A stretch of 64,000 nucleotides of DNA, taken from positions 24,578-88,577 of the forward strand of contig JAFYOR010000064.1 in NCBI GenBank assembly GCA_017547805.1. The letters run 5' to 3'. Shown here piece by piece: positions 32,590 to 40,862 of the stretch. Numbering within the stretch: the stretch's first letter is position 1; each line of letters opens with the position of its first letter. The notes under the pieces are model-generated. The model saw nothing but the letters and a program-made list of their open reading frames with translations, was not told where the DNA came from and made no database searches. The DNA is from Clostridia bacterium (GTDB lineage: Bacteria > Bacillota > Clostridia > Christensenellales > Aristaeellaceae). Made by a program: the position numbers and the translations under genes.

Positions 32590-34779
32590 ATGATCGATAT
32601 TTACCCCCAGAGAAAGGAAAAATCCGTGACTGAAAACGAAAACAAGAACATAAACAGCGAGGGCGGCAAGGAGCAGAGCCCCAAGACGGCTGCCCGCCGC
32701 CGTTATCCGGCGCGCAAGCCGGCGGCAAAGAAGACGGAAGCCGCCCAGAAGAAGCAGGAACAGAAAACCCCGGCGCAGCGCAAGCCGCGCGCCGTTCATA
32801 AGAATCCCGCCAAGCCGGCAAAGAAGGCAGCGCAAGCGCCCGAGGCCGCGCAGGAGAAGAAGACCGAGGCGTTCTACAAGCCGGTGACGGCCAAGAAGAG
32901 CGCAGCAGCCAAGGGCAAGGCGAACGCCAAGCCGGCGGAAAAGCAGGCAAAGAAGCCCGCTGCCAAGGCGGCGAATTCCCGCGCGCAGGGCGGCAAGCGC
33001 CGCATCACCGCGCCGGCGGTGCAGGCGGACAAGCCGATCATCTCCGCGACGCTGCAGCTGGTGGGCAAGAAGCCCCCGACGCTGCGTTCCCGCGCGAGCG
33101 AGCATCCTTCCCGCGCGACGCTGCGCATGATCCCGCTGGGCGGCATGTGCGAAATCGGCAAGAACATGACGGCCTATGAATACGGCAGCGACATCATCAT
33201 TGTCGACTGCGGCCAGTCCTTCCCGGACGAGACGATGCCCGGCGTCGATTCCGTCATCCCGGACTTCACCTACGTCCTGCAAAACCGCGACCGCGTGCGC
33301 GGTATCTTCATCACCCATGGCCACGAGGACCACATCGGCGGCCTGCCGTATCTGCTGCGCGAGTTCAAGGCGCCGGTGTACGGCGGACGCATGGCGGTGG
33401 AGCTGCTCAAGTACAAGCTCGACGACCGCGTTCCGGGTCTTGGCAAGAGCTGCGATCTGCGCGCGGTGGAGGCAGGCGATAAGGTCAGCGCCGGCTGCTT
33501 TGCCGTCGAGTTCATCCATGTGAACCACTCGATCGCCGATGCGTTCATGTTTGCGATCAAGACCCCGATCGGCACGGTTGTGCACAGCGGCGACTTCAAG
33601 ATTGACTATACGCCCATCAACGGCGAGATCATGGATCTGCAGCGCATTGCGCAGCTGGGCCGCGAGGGCGTGCTGCTCTTCGTGTGCGAATCGACCAACA
33701 TCGAGGTGCCGGGCTTTTCAAAGTCCGAGCGTCACGTCGGCGAATCCATGGCGGAGATGTTCAAGGGCGCGCAGGGCCGCATCTTTGTGGCGACGTTCTC
33801 CTCCAATACCTCCCGCCTGCAGCAGATCTTTACCGCTGCCGAGCGTCACGGCCGCAAGGTTGCCCTCGTGGGCCGCAGCATGCTCAACGTCTTCAACGCC
33901 GCCAACAACCTCGGTTACATCCAGATGAAGCCGGATACGCTGATTGAAGCATCTCAGGTGGATAAGTATCCGCCGGAGCAGGTCGTGATCATCTCCACCG
34001 GCTCTCAGGGCGAACCGATGAGCGCGCTTACGCGCATCGCCTTTGCCAATCACCGCGAGATCGAAATTCAGCAAGGCGACACCGTCATCATCTCCGCCAC
34101 GCCGATTCCGGGCAACGAGAAGCCGATCTATAAGGTCATCAACGAGCTTTACCGCCGCGGCGCGAAGGTGTATTACTCCGCGCTGGCGGACGTGCACGTT
34201 TCCGGCCATGCCTCGCAGGAGGAGATCAAGCTGGTGCACAGCCTCGTGCGCCCGAAGTTCTTCATTCCCGCGCACGGCGAAACGCGCATGCTCTATCAGC
34301 ACAGCGAGCTGGCGCATAAGCTGGGCGTGCCGTTTGAGAATATCTTCATCCTCGCCAACGGCGATATCTTTGAGATCAGCAAGGGCAGCGCGAAGGTGAC
34401 GGGCTTCACCAACGGCGACGCCGTGCTCATCGACGGCAGCTCCAAGGGCGAGGTGGATAACCTCGTGCTGCGCGAGCGCAAGCTTCTCTCCGACGACGGT
34501 GTGGTGTCCATCGCCCTGTGCGTCAATAAGACCACCGGCGCGATGATGGCGCAGCCTGTCGTCAGCGCGATGGGCTTCCTCTACGAAAGCGAGCATCAGA
34601 AGATCGAGGCGGGCTGCCGCCAGCATGCGGCGAACATGGTGACCCGCGCGATTTCCAGCGGCAAGAAGGTGGCCGACATGGTCGCTTCCGGCCAGATGCA
34701 GGGCCAGATGCGCTCCTTCCTCTACGAGCGTACCAAGCGCCGCCCGGTCGTGCTGATCAACCTGATCGAGGTCGAGTAA
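32590..34779 (+). CDS. rnj: ribonuclease J with an N-terminal Lys/Ala/Pro-rich extension of about 175 aa
   Basis: Core from LRMIPLGGMCEIGKN, with ITHGHEDHIGGLPYL, SGDFK and HVSGHASQEE motifs. The start is uncertain: 32590, or GTG 32626 after AAAGGAAAAA. Confidence 0.88.
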   Translation: MIDIYPQRKEKSVTENENKNINSEGGKEQSPKTAARRRYPARKPAAKKTEAAQKKQEQKTPAQRKPRAVHKNPAKPAKKAAQAPEAAQEKKTEAFYKPVTAKKSAAAKGKANAKPAEKQAKKPAAKAANSRAQGGKRRITAPAVQADKPIISATLQLVGKKPPTLRSRASEHPSRATLRMIPLGGMCEIGKNMTAYEYGSDIIIVDCGQSFPDETMPGVDSVIPDFTYVLQNRDRVRGIFITHGHEDHIGGLPYLLREFKAPVYGGRMAVELLKYKLDDRVPGLGKSCDLRAVEAGDKVSAGCFAVEFIHVNHSIADAFMFAIKTPIGTVVHSGDFKIDYTPINGEIMDLQRIAQLGREGVLLFVCESTNIEVPGFSKSERHVGESMAEMFKGAQGRIFVATFSSNTSRLQQIFTAAERHGRKVALVGRSMLNVFNAANNLGYIQMKPDTLIEASQVDKYPPEQVVIISTGSQGEPMSALTRIAFANHREIEIQQGDTVIISATPIPGNEKPIYKVINELYRRGAKVYYSALADVHVSGHASQEEIKLVHSLVRPKFFIPAHGETRMLYQHSELAHKLGVPFENIFILANGDIFEISKGSAKVTGFTNGDAVLIDGSSKGEVDNLVLRERKLLSDDGVVSIALCVNKTTGAMMAQPVVSAMGFLYESEHQKIEAGCRQHAANMVTRAISSGKKVADMVASGQMQGQMRSFLYERTKRRPVVLINLIEVE

Positions 34780-34783
34780 GCTT

Positions 34784-34920
34784 CTTAATACCGCGCGAAG
34801 CGAAGAAGGGGGTTGGGGATGAAATCCCCAAGCAGGTTTGGGCGGCAGCCCAACGTATCTCTCTGGGAAATAACCAGAACCGAACAGGAGCCGAAGGCGA
34901 CGCTTTCGGTTCCGTGTTTG
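34784..34920 (+). repeat. Family-2 repeat, copy 3 (core + 3' hairpin module)
   Basis: CTTAATACCGCGCGAAGCGAAGAAGGG, TTGGGGAT-GAA-ATCCCCAA and TTTGGGC-GGCA-GCCCAA, then GAACCGAA-loop-TTCGGTTC containing GCCGAAGGC. It begins 5 nt after the rnj stop. Confidence 0.85.
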
Positions 34921-35073
34921 TACAGAGCTGCTTTTCTCCAATCAAAGCGATGATGAAAATCATATCAACGCCTGTTTCCGCAAGGAAACAGGCGTTTTTG
35001 TCGCACAAAAAGCAACTGCGTACAGATGAAAACCGTGTATAATAAGCATATCGACAGAAGGGAGGTGCAGAAG

Positions 35074-36231
35074 ATGAAGCTGAATCGCAGATTTGCAGGC
35101 AGGAACACAGCGGACGGCACATACCGCGTGCAGTGCGGCGGCGCGCAGCGCATGCGCCTTGCATGGGATGCAAAGGATGGCGAAATGGAGGATTATCTCG
35201 ACTTTGCGTGCCTTCCGATGGATGAAAACGGCTGCGCGGAATTCGTGCTCAGCGGGGAGCACAGCGTGCCGCCCGGGGCAACGCATATCCGCCTGACCGC
35301 TGAATTTGCCGACGGACATACGCGAACGCGCCGTTTCCTCATTCCCGAAACGCGAAGGACGCAGCCGATCGCCCCTGCGCTTCGCCTGTGCCTGATGAGC
35401 GACCTGCATATGACCAAGAAGCCGTTCCGCCTGCGCAACGCCATCCGCATGGGCAGTGCGTACGATGCAATTCTCTTTGCCGGAGATATCACCAACGACG
35501 GCACGCCGGAGCAGTTTGAGCGGGTCAGGCAGATCATCGAGGAGGAAGCGCCGGATACGCCGGTGATCGCCGTGTGCGGCAATCACGACTGGCCGCACAG
35601 ACCGATGCCGGAGATTTTCGACGGTGTGAGCAATTATTACCTGTTTCAGCGCTGGCTGCTTGAGCGCGCGCAGAGAATGGGCGTTGAGGTCAGCGAGGAT
35701 GACAGCGGCGCGTTTGCTGCCCGGATCAAGGGCGTGCCCATCTTCGGGCTCAATGCCGTGAGCCATTTCCGCCGGTTTATCTTCCACGACGGAAGGCAGC
35801 TTGACTGGCTGGAAAGGCAGCTTTCTGCTGCGGGCGATGGAACCAAGATCGTCATGTGCCATGCGCCGCTGCGCGCGCACCGCCCGGCAAAGGAGAGCGA
35901 AGCGCCGTATCTCAGCCGCGACGCCCGGCTGCAGGCGATCATCAATGGCGCGAAGAACGTCGTCTTCCATTCCGGACATACGCATGTGACGCTCAACGAA
36001 ATGAACGGCTGCGTGGAGCATGACCATGAGCGCGGACATGTGTATCTCAATGACGGCAGCATCTGCGTGACGACCTTCCGCGTGCACGAAGCGATCGAAG
36101 AGGAAGACTGGCTTGCCGGGGCGGTTGCCGAGCTGAGCATTGCAGGGGATGAGATTGAAATCGCCGGACGCACGATTTACGGCAGAAAGCGGTTTGGCCG
36201 GGCGTATTACCGGTTTGGCAGAAAAGAATGA
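35074..36231 (+). CDS. metallophosphoesterase (calcineurin-like)
   Basis: LMSDLHM, AGDITNDG, CGNHDW, MCHAPL and HSGHTH motifs. Start at ATG 35074, 8 nt after GGGAGG. Confidence 0.8.
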   Translation: MKLNRRFAGRNTADGTYRVQCGGAQRMRLAWDAKDGEMEDYLDFACLPMDENGCAEFVLSGEHSVPPGATHIRLTAEFADGHTRTRRFLIPETRRTQPIAPALRLCLMSDLHMTKKPFRLRNAIRMGSAYDAILFAGDITNDGTPEQFERVRQIIEEEAPDTPVIAVCGNHDWPHRPMPEIFDGVSNYYLFQRWLLERAQRMGVEVSEDDSGAFAARIKGVPIFGLNAVSHFRRFIFHDGRQLDWLERQLSAAGDGTKIVMCHAPLRAHRPAKESEAPYLSRDARLQAIINGAKNVVFHSGHTHVTLNEMNGCVEHDHERGHVYLNDGSICVTTFRVHEAIEEEDWLAGAVAELSIAGDEIEIAGRTIYGRKRFGRAYYRFGRKE

Positions 36232-36422
36232 AGAAAGGGGCTGTCAGGATAAAACCGAACATTCTAAGAAGTGATTTTTCTAAGTATAGCTTGCTTTTAA
36301 GGCATGGGGCTCTGCTCCATCGCCCCGCCAAAGGGCTTTCCGGTCGCCCTTTGGAAACCTTCGGCGCGAAATACTTAGTTTTTCTTAGAATATCTGGTTT
36401 CTTATCCTGACAGCCCCATTTC
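36232..36422. repeat. long-stem palindromic element (MITE-like or giant bidirectional hairpin)
   Basis: GGGGCTGTCAGGATAA (36237-36252) pairs perfectly with TTATCCTGACAGCCCC (36402-36417). Pairing continues through ATTCTAAGAA/TTCTTAGAAT and CTAAGTAT/ATACTTAG. The core is about 83 nt. The element fills the whole gap between two convergent stop codons. Confidence 0.8.
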
Positions 36423-37061
36423 TTATGGGGTGTGTTTGAGCGGAATTTCGTCGCCAATAAATGCGTTATCTTCGGGGCGGAGGATCAGGCTGCTCGTGTC
36501 CGTGGGCAGATCAAACTCGAACAGAACGTGATACTTCCCCTCCTCGTTCAGACCGAAGCCGCCGCCGATGTTGGCAAGCACTTCCTCTCCGGCGATAAGC
36601 TGATAGCTGGTGATCATGTCGGGCATGACGGGCGGTTCGCCTTCGCGCCCGGTCTTCCAGAAATCGGCCTGCGCCTGACAGGCTGCCGCCCATACGGGCG
36701 CGTCAAAGATGACTTCGCCGTAAGCGGTCACATCGGAAAACGTGATCGACGCATCTGCGGTATACCCCTGCGCGTGGAGCGTGCCGGTCATCACGTTGGT
36801 GCTGCCGCCTACGGTCACGCTGAAGGGGATGCGCAGGATGCCGCGGTTTTCTGCCTGCCGGATGCCCATGCAGTATACGCCGGTTTCGTCCTGATAGTAG
36901 ACATTCGTGCTGTAGAGGACGGGCATCAGCAGTTCGATGGTTTCTCCGGCGGCATACGCTCCGGGCAGCTCAACCTCCTGAAAGCCGCGCAGGGTCGTCT
37001 CGTCAATCCATTCCTCGGCGGAGTCAAGGATCATCGCCGGAATGCCCTTGGCGCTGCCCAT
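36423..37061 (-). CDS. hypothetical protein
   Basis: The ORF is open for 218 codons. Start placed at the third ATG (37061), 8 nt after AAGGAGG. No family recognised. Confidence 0.55.
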   Translation of the reverse strand: MGSAKGIPAMILDSAEEWIDETTLRGFQEVELPGAYAAGETIELLMPVLYSTNVYYQDETGVYCMGIRQAENRGILRIPFSVTVGGSTNVMTGTLHAQGYTADASITFSDVTAYGEVIFDAPVWAAACQAQADFWKTGREGEPPVMPDMITSYQLIAGEEVLANIGGGFGLNEEGKYHVLFEFDLPTDTSSLILRPEDNAFIGDEIPLKHTP

Positions 37062-37179
37062 GCTCATCACCTCCTTCATCAGTAAAGACGGACGCAGCCT
37101 TGTGTTTTTCGCATGAATTCCGGTGTGTGGGAGAAAATATTTTTGCCCGGCCTCCCGGACAACGGTTTGGCGCTGGGGG

Positions 37180-37208
37180 TTGACAAACGGAAGAAATCGG
37201 CGTATTGT
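37180..37208 (+). promoter_or_regulatory. mgtE promoter
   Basis: TTGACA (37180-37185), 17-nt spacer, TATTGT (37203-37208). Confidence 0.55.
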
Positions 37209-37437
37209 TAATTTGGCGTTAGATTGATCATGAATTGCCGGAGGTGAAAGACGTGGACGATTATCCCAGTAGCGCAGCGGGCAACCCCCGAGAACGTGTG
37301 GCGCATTGCGCCCGATTGGCTGCGTCTTTTGCTTAAAGGATGATAAGCAAAGCGCGCGGCCGGTGTCTGCGCGCTTTTTTGCGCCGTTTTTGGGAGCCCT
37401 GCATTTTCAAGCATGAAAATGATAGGAGGGATTCCGT
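37209..37437 (+). promoter_or_regulatory. structured mgtE leader with internal terminator (riboswitch-like; not clearly a canonical M-box)
   Basis: Long-range pairing GAAAGACG (about 37247)/CGTCTTTT (about 37328) encloses several hairpins. It is followed by terminator 37351-37381 and a hairpin next to the RBS. Confidence 0.45.
37351..37381 (+). terminator. leader terminator upstream of mgtE
   Basis: AGCGCGC-11 nt-GCGCGCT followed by TTTTTT, 57 nt before the mgtE ATG. Confidence 0.65.
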
Positions 37438-38796
37438 ATGGAAGAGGAAATCCGCAAAGATTTTAATGAACTGCTGCGCCTGATGATGGAGGGCAAGCGC
37501 CTTCTTTTCAAGGAGAAGGCTACCGAGTGCCTGCCGGTGGATATTGCCGAGGGGCTGGAGGAGATCGAGGACGATTCTCTGGTCATCAAGCTTTTCCGCC
37601 TGCTGCCCAAGGACATTTCTTCGGACGTGTTCGCGTACATGACCAGCGACCAGCAGCGCGTCATCGCTGAGAGCGCGACCAACGCAGAACTGAAGGCGCT
37701 GGTTGACGACATGTTCATCGATGATACGGTCGACTTCCTTGAGGAGATGCCGGCCAACGTCGTCAAGAAGGTTCTTCAGAATGCGGACGAAAACACCCGC
37801 ACGCTGATCAACCAGTTTCTCAATTACCCGGAGAACAGCGCCGGCAGCCTGATGACGATTGAGTACGTCGATCTGCACGACTATTTCTCCGTGCGTAAGG
37901 CGCTTGACTACATCCGCCGCACGGGCATCGATAAGGAAACGATCTACACCTGCTATGTCATCGACGACAGGCGGCATCTGGTGGGTCATGTTTCCCTGCG
38001 CAGGCTGATTCTCGCGCCGGAAAACGCGTCCATCCGCGAGATTATGGAAACGAACACCGTATCTGTTTCCACGACGGACGACCAGGAAGCCGTTGCCGAC
38101 GACTTCCGCCGCTACGACCTGACCTCCATCGCCGTGTGCGATAAGGAGAACCGCCTGGTCGGCATCATCACCGTTGACGACATCGTTGACGTCATTCAGG
38201 AAGAGAACACCGAGGACATCAAGAAGATGGCCGCGATTATCCCTTCCGATGAGGAATACATGGACGCCAGCGTTCTGCATCTGGTGGCGCACCGCCTGCC
38301 GTGGCTGATGATCATGATGCTTTCGGCGACGCTGTCCTCCACGATCATCACGCATTTTGAATCCGTCCTCGCGGGCGCGGTGGCCCTGACGGCGTTTATC
38401 CCGATGCTCACGGGCTCCGCCGGTAACTCCGGCAGCCAGACGTCGGTTACGATCATCCGCAACATGTCCCTTGGCGAGGTGGAGCTTGCCGACTGGCTGC
38501 GCGTGCTCTTTAAGGAGGTGCGCGTCGCGCTGGTGACGGGTCTTGCGCTGGCCGTGGTCAACTTTGGCCGCATGATGGTCTTTTCCGGCACGGGCGCGAT
38601 GATCAGCCTGACGGTTTCCGTGACGCTGCTCTTTGCCATCGTGCTGGCGGCGAGCGTTGGATGTCTCTTGCCGATGGGCGCCAAGCGTTTGGGCCTTGAC
38701 CCGGCGGTCATGGCCAGCCCGATGATTACCACGATCGTTGACTGCGCCGCGCTGCTGATCTATTTCATGGTTGCGGGCGCGATGCTGGGGCTGTAA
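37438..38796 (+). CDS. mgtE: magnesium transporter MgtE
   Basis: N-domain, CBS pair, and a C-terminal TM domain with IPMLTGSAGNSGSQ and PMITTIVD motifs. Confidence 0.92.
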   Translation: MEEEIRKDFNELLRLMMEGKRLLFKEKATECLPVDIAEGLEEIEDDSLVIKLFRLLPKDISSDVFAYMTSDQQRVIAESATNAELKALVDDMFIDDTVDFLEEMPANVVKKVLQNADENTRTLINQFLNYPENSAGSLMTIEYVDLHDYFSVRKALDYIRRTGIDKETIYTCYVIDDRRHLVGHVSLRRLILAPENASIREIMETNTVSVSTTDDQEAVADDFRRYDLTSIAVCDKENRLVGIITVDDIVDVIQEENTEDIKKMAAIIPSDEEYMDASVLHLVAHRLPWLMIMMLSATLSSTIITHFESVLAGAVALTAFIPMLTGSAGNSGSQTSVTIIRNMSLGEVELADWLRVLFKEVRVALVTGLALAVVNFGRMMVFSGTGAMISLTVSVTLLFAIVLAASVGCLLPMGAKRLGLDPAVMASPMITTIVDCAALLIYFMVAGAMLGL

Positions 38797-38808
38797 AACG
38801 CCGTGCTG

Positions 38809-38950
38809 CTTTAAACAGCGCGAAGCGAAGAAGGGAGTTTGAGGGATGAAATCCCTCAAGCGGGTTTGGGCGGCAGCCCAACGCCTCCTTATAGTCGAAG
38901 GGAAAACAGAACCGAACAGGAGCCGAAGGCGACGCTTTCGGTTCCATATT
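38809..38950 (+). repeat. Family-2 repeat, copy 4 (core + 3' hairpin module)
   Basis: CTTTAAACAGCGCGAAGCGAAGAAGGG, TTGAGGGAT-GAA-ATCCCTCAA and TTTGGGC-GGCA-GCCCAA. The 3' module is the same as in copy 3. It begins 13 nt after the mgtE stop. Confidence 0.85.
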
Positions 38951-39036
38951 CTGCAATAAAGCTTTTCGATTATCAGATTGCATAAAGTAATATACGGGTT
39001 CATTCTAATTTGAGAATCGTATAGGATAGCTATAAA

Positions 39037-39067
39037 GAAAAGAGCAGGTTGTCCTGCTCTTTTTTTG
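39037..39067. terminator. bidirectional terminator between mgtE region and HTH-TPR gene
   Basis: AGAGCAGG-TTGT-CCTGCTCT flanked by an A-rich run and TTTTTT. Confidence 0.75.
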
Positions 39068-39071
39068 ATGG

Positions 39072-40097
39072 TCAAATCAGCTTGCGCAGCCGTTCGATTT
39101 CTCTGCGTCTGCTGTCTGCCTGCTCGCTTTCAATGATATCGTAATCCTTCTTAAGGCAATCAAGAATTCTTTCGTTTGCCTGAATTGCCAGTGCGTATTC
39201 GCCTCGCTTTTCGTGAAGCTGCGCCAAAGAATACAGCCCGTCGACGATTCGGTGTGGATGCTGCATGACGACGCAAGTTTCATAATCGCGGATTGCTTCG
39301 TCTTCCATGCCGAGCTTTTTGAGTCTGTCAGCTCGGGCGCAGTACGCCTGCCATTCGTCCGGATACGCTTCAACCGATTGATTCCATAGGCGCAGTGCTT
39401 CCTCGCGCTGACCTTTTCCAAACGCGATGTCACCTAGATACCGCAGAACCTGAGAATTGCTGCGTACTTTTCTCAGCATTTCAACGTATTCAAGCGCTTC
39501 GTCATAGCGTGCGTCTGCAAGCATATTCTCGATGATCGCGTACAGACCGCGGAAATTATACGGATTTTTCCGCAGAAACTCCCGGAAATACTCGATGACG
39601 GCAAAATGATTATCGTACCACTCATCGCCTGTAACGCCGCCCATTGCCTCTAGATAGGCAACCCAGCCAGACTTGCTCTGCGGATCCATCTCAAGAACAC
39701 GCTTTGCATATTCTGCTGCCCTCTCGTGATCGGACGCAGCGCGGTGATTGTACAAGTATGCCAGACATTCGTAAGCGCGTACCTGCTGTTTCCGGTTCAC
39801 CGTCTGTTTGTCAAGAAAGCGTTTGATCCGGTCAAAGCGTTCCGGTGAAAACTCACGCTGGCTGAAGAAGCTGTTTTCAATCCGTTCAAATTCATCTTCT
39901 TCCGGAAATGCAAACAGCTCGTCAATCGTTATGCCAAAATACACCGCAATCTGCGGCAGCAGCTCGATGTCGGGCGTACTGGCGCAGGTTTCCCACTTGG
40001 ATACTGCCTGTTTAGAAATGTGCAGGAAATCTGCAAGATCTTCCTGCTTAATCCCCTTTTCCGTTCTCAGCATTTTGATTTGATTGCCGATATTCAC
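39072..40097 (-). CDS. XRE-family HTH + TPR-repeat transcriptional regulator (RNPP-like architecture)
   Basis: IKMLRTEKGIKQEDLADFLHISKQAVSKWE HTH segment, then TPR-like helical repeats. GTG start 8 nt after AAGGAGG. The gene is visibly more AT-rich than its neighbours. Confidence 0.8.
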   Translation of the reverse strand: MNIGNQIKMLRTEKGIKQEDLADFLHISKQAVSKWETCASTPDIELLPQIAVYFGITIDELFAFPEEDEFERIENSFFSQREFSPERFDRIKRFLDKQTVNRKQQVRAYECLAYLYNHRAASDHERAAEYAKRVLEMDPQSKSGWVAYLEAMGGVTGDEWYDNHFAVIEYFREFLRKNPYNFRGLYAIIENMLADARYDEALEYVEMLRKVRSNSQVLRYLGDIAFGKGQREEALRLWNQSVEAYPDEWQAYCARADRLKKLGMEDEAIRDYETCVVMQHPHRIVDGLYSLAQLHEKRGEYALAIQANERILDCLKKDYDIIESEQADSRRREIERLRKLI

Positions 40098-40218
40098 GAT
40101 ATCATCCTCCTTGGCGGAGTCTTTCTGCCGGCCGGCGCATCTCCGATGTCTATATCATACCGAAATAGAGTGCCCATATCAATGGAGGCGAAGTTTATTG
40201 CGGTCAACCGTTGGTGGA

Positions 40219-40242
40219 CAAAAAAGGCGGGCCAAGCCCGCC
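40219..40242 (-). terminator. terminator immediately after the TetR gene stop
   Basis: Minus strand: GGCGGGC-TTG-GCCCGCC followed by TTTTTT. Confidence 0.75.
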
Positions 40243-40827
40243 TTACGCCACCAGCCGATCGCACGCCCCGGCGACGATTTCATAGAGCGCCGGGAAGTAA
40301 TTCTCACCCAGATCGCCAAAGTTCAGAATAGAAAGGTACAAAAGCTGAATCACCGAGGAAACGGTTTCGTCCGGCGCGGTGAAGCGGATGTTCGCCTCGC
40401 GCAGCGCCTCAAAGAGCAGCTGCGCGGAGGAAAGCATGTGCGCCTTGACCTGCTTTTCCTGCAGAAGCTCATTAAGCAGCGGCGCATCTTCGCGCAGGAA
40501 GCGGGCGATGCCCAGCTCATGAATCGTCTTGAAGACGGAAAAGACCATCGCCGCCGCGCGTTCTTTGTCGCTCAGGTGGCCGTTCTCCGCAAGCGTCTGC
40601 TGGACCCGTGCGTGGATGTCCGTCTCCCAGCGCGCGCCAGCCTCCAGAAAGAGCAGCTCCTTGCTCTCGTAGAACTTGTAGAACGAGGATTTGGCGATGC
40701 CCGCGTCCTGGGCGAGCATGTCAAGCGACGTCTTTTTGATGCCGATTTTGAGCGCGTGCTTCATCGCGCTTCTGAGCAGACGTTCCTTGATCGTGTTTTT
40801 CTGTTTGTCCGTAAAGGGGAGCGCCAT
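40243..40827 (-). CDS. TetR/AcrR family transcriptional regulator
   Basis: N-terminal HTH KKTSLDMLAQDAGIAKSSFYKFYESKE. 194 aa. Confidence 0.85.
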   Translation of the reverse strand: MALPFTDKQKNTIKERLLRSAMKHALKIGIKKTSLDMLAQDAGIAKSSFYKFYESKELLFLEAGARWETDIHARVQQTLAENGHLSDKERAAAMVFSVFKTIHELGIARFLREDAPLLNELLQEKQVKAHMLSSAQLLFEALREANIRFTAPDETVSSVIQLLYLSILNFGDLGENYFPALYEIVAGACDRLVA

Positions 40828-40862
40828 TGCAGTCCCTCCTTTCTGCGGATGGATCCTGCGGA

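Noticed and set aside
32224-33585. N-terminal two thirds of the 748-aa minus-strand ORF 31339-33585
   Set aside because: Only 31339-32223 (the LCP protein, with RBS and TM anchor) is coding. The remainder crosses an intergenic region with a plus-strand promoter and runs antisense to rnj.
37209-37437. Calling the mgtE leader a canonical M-box riboswitch
   Set aside because: The conserved M-box sequence blocks as I remember them are not visible, so it is reported as an unassigned structured leader pending a covariance-model search.
40098-40242. Short ORF (MEAKFIAVNRWWTKK...) upstream of the HTH-TPR regulator as a candidate signalling pro-peptide
   Set aside because: It has no RBS and no signal-peptide-like hydrophobic segment, and it runs into the TetR terminator and gene on the opposite strand.
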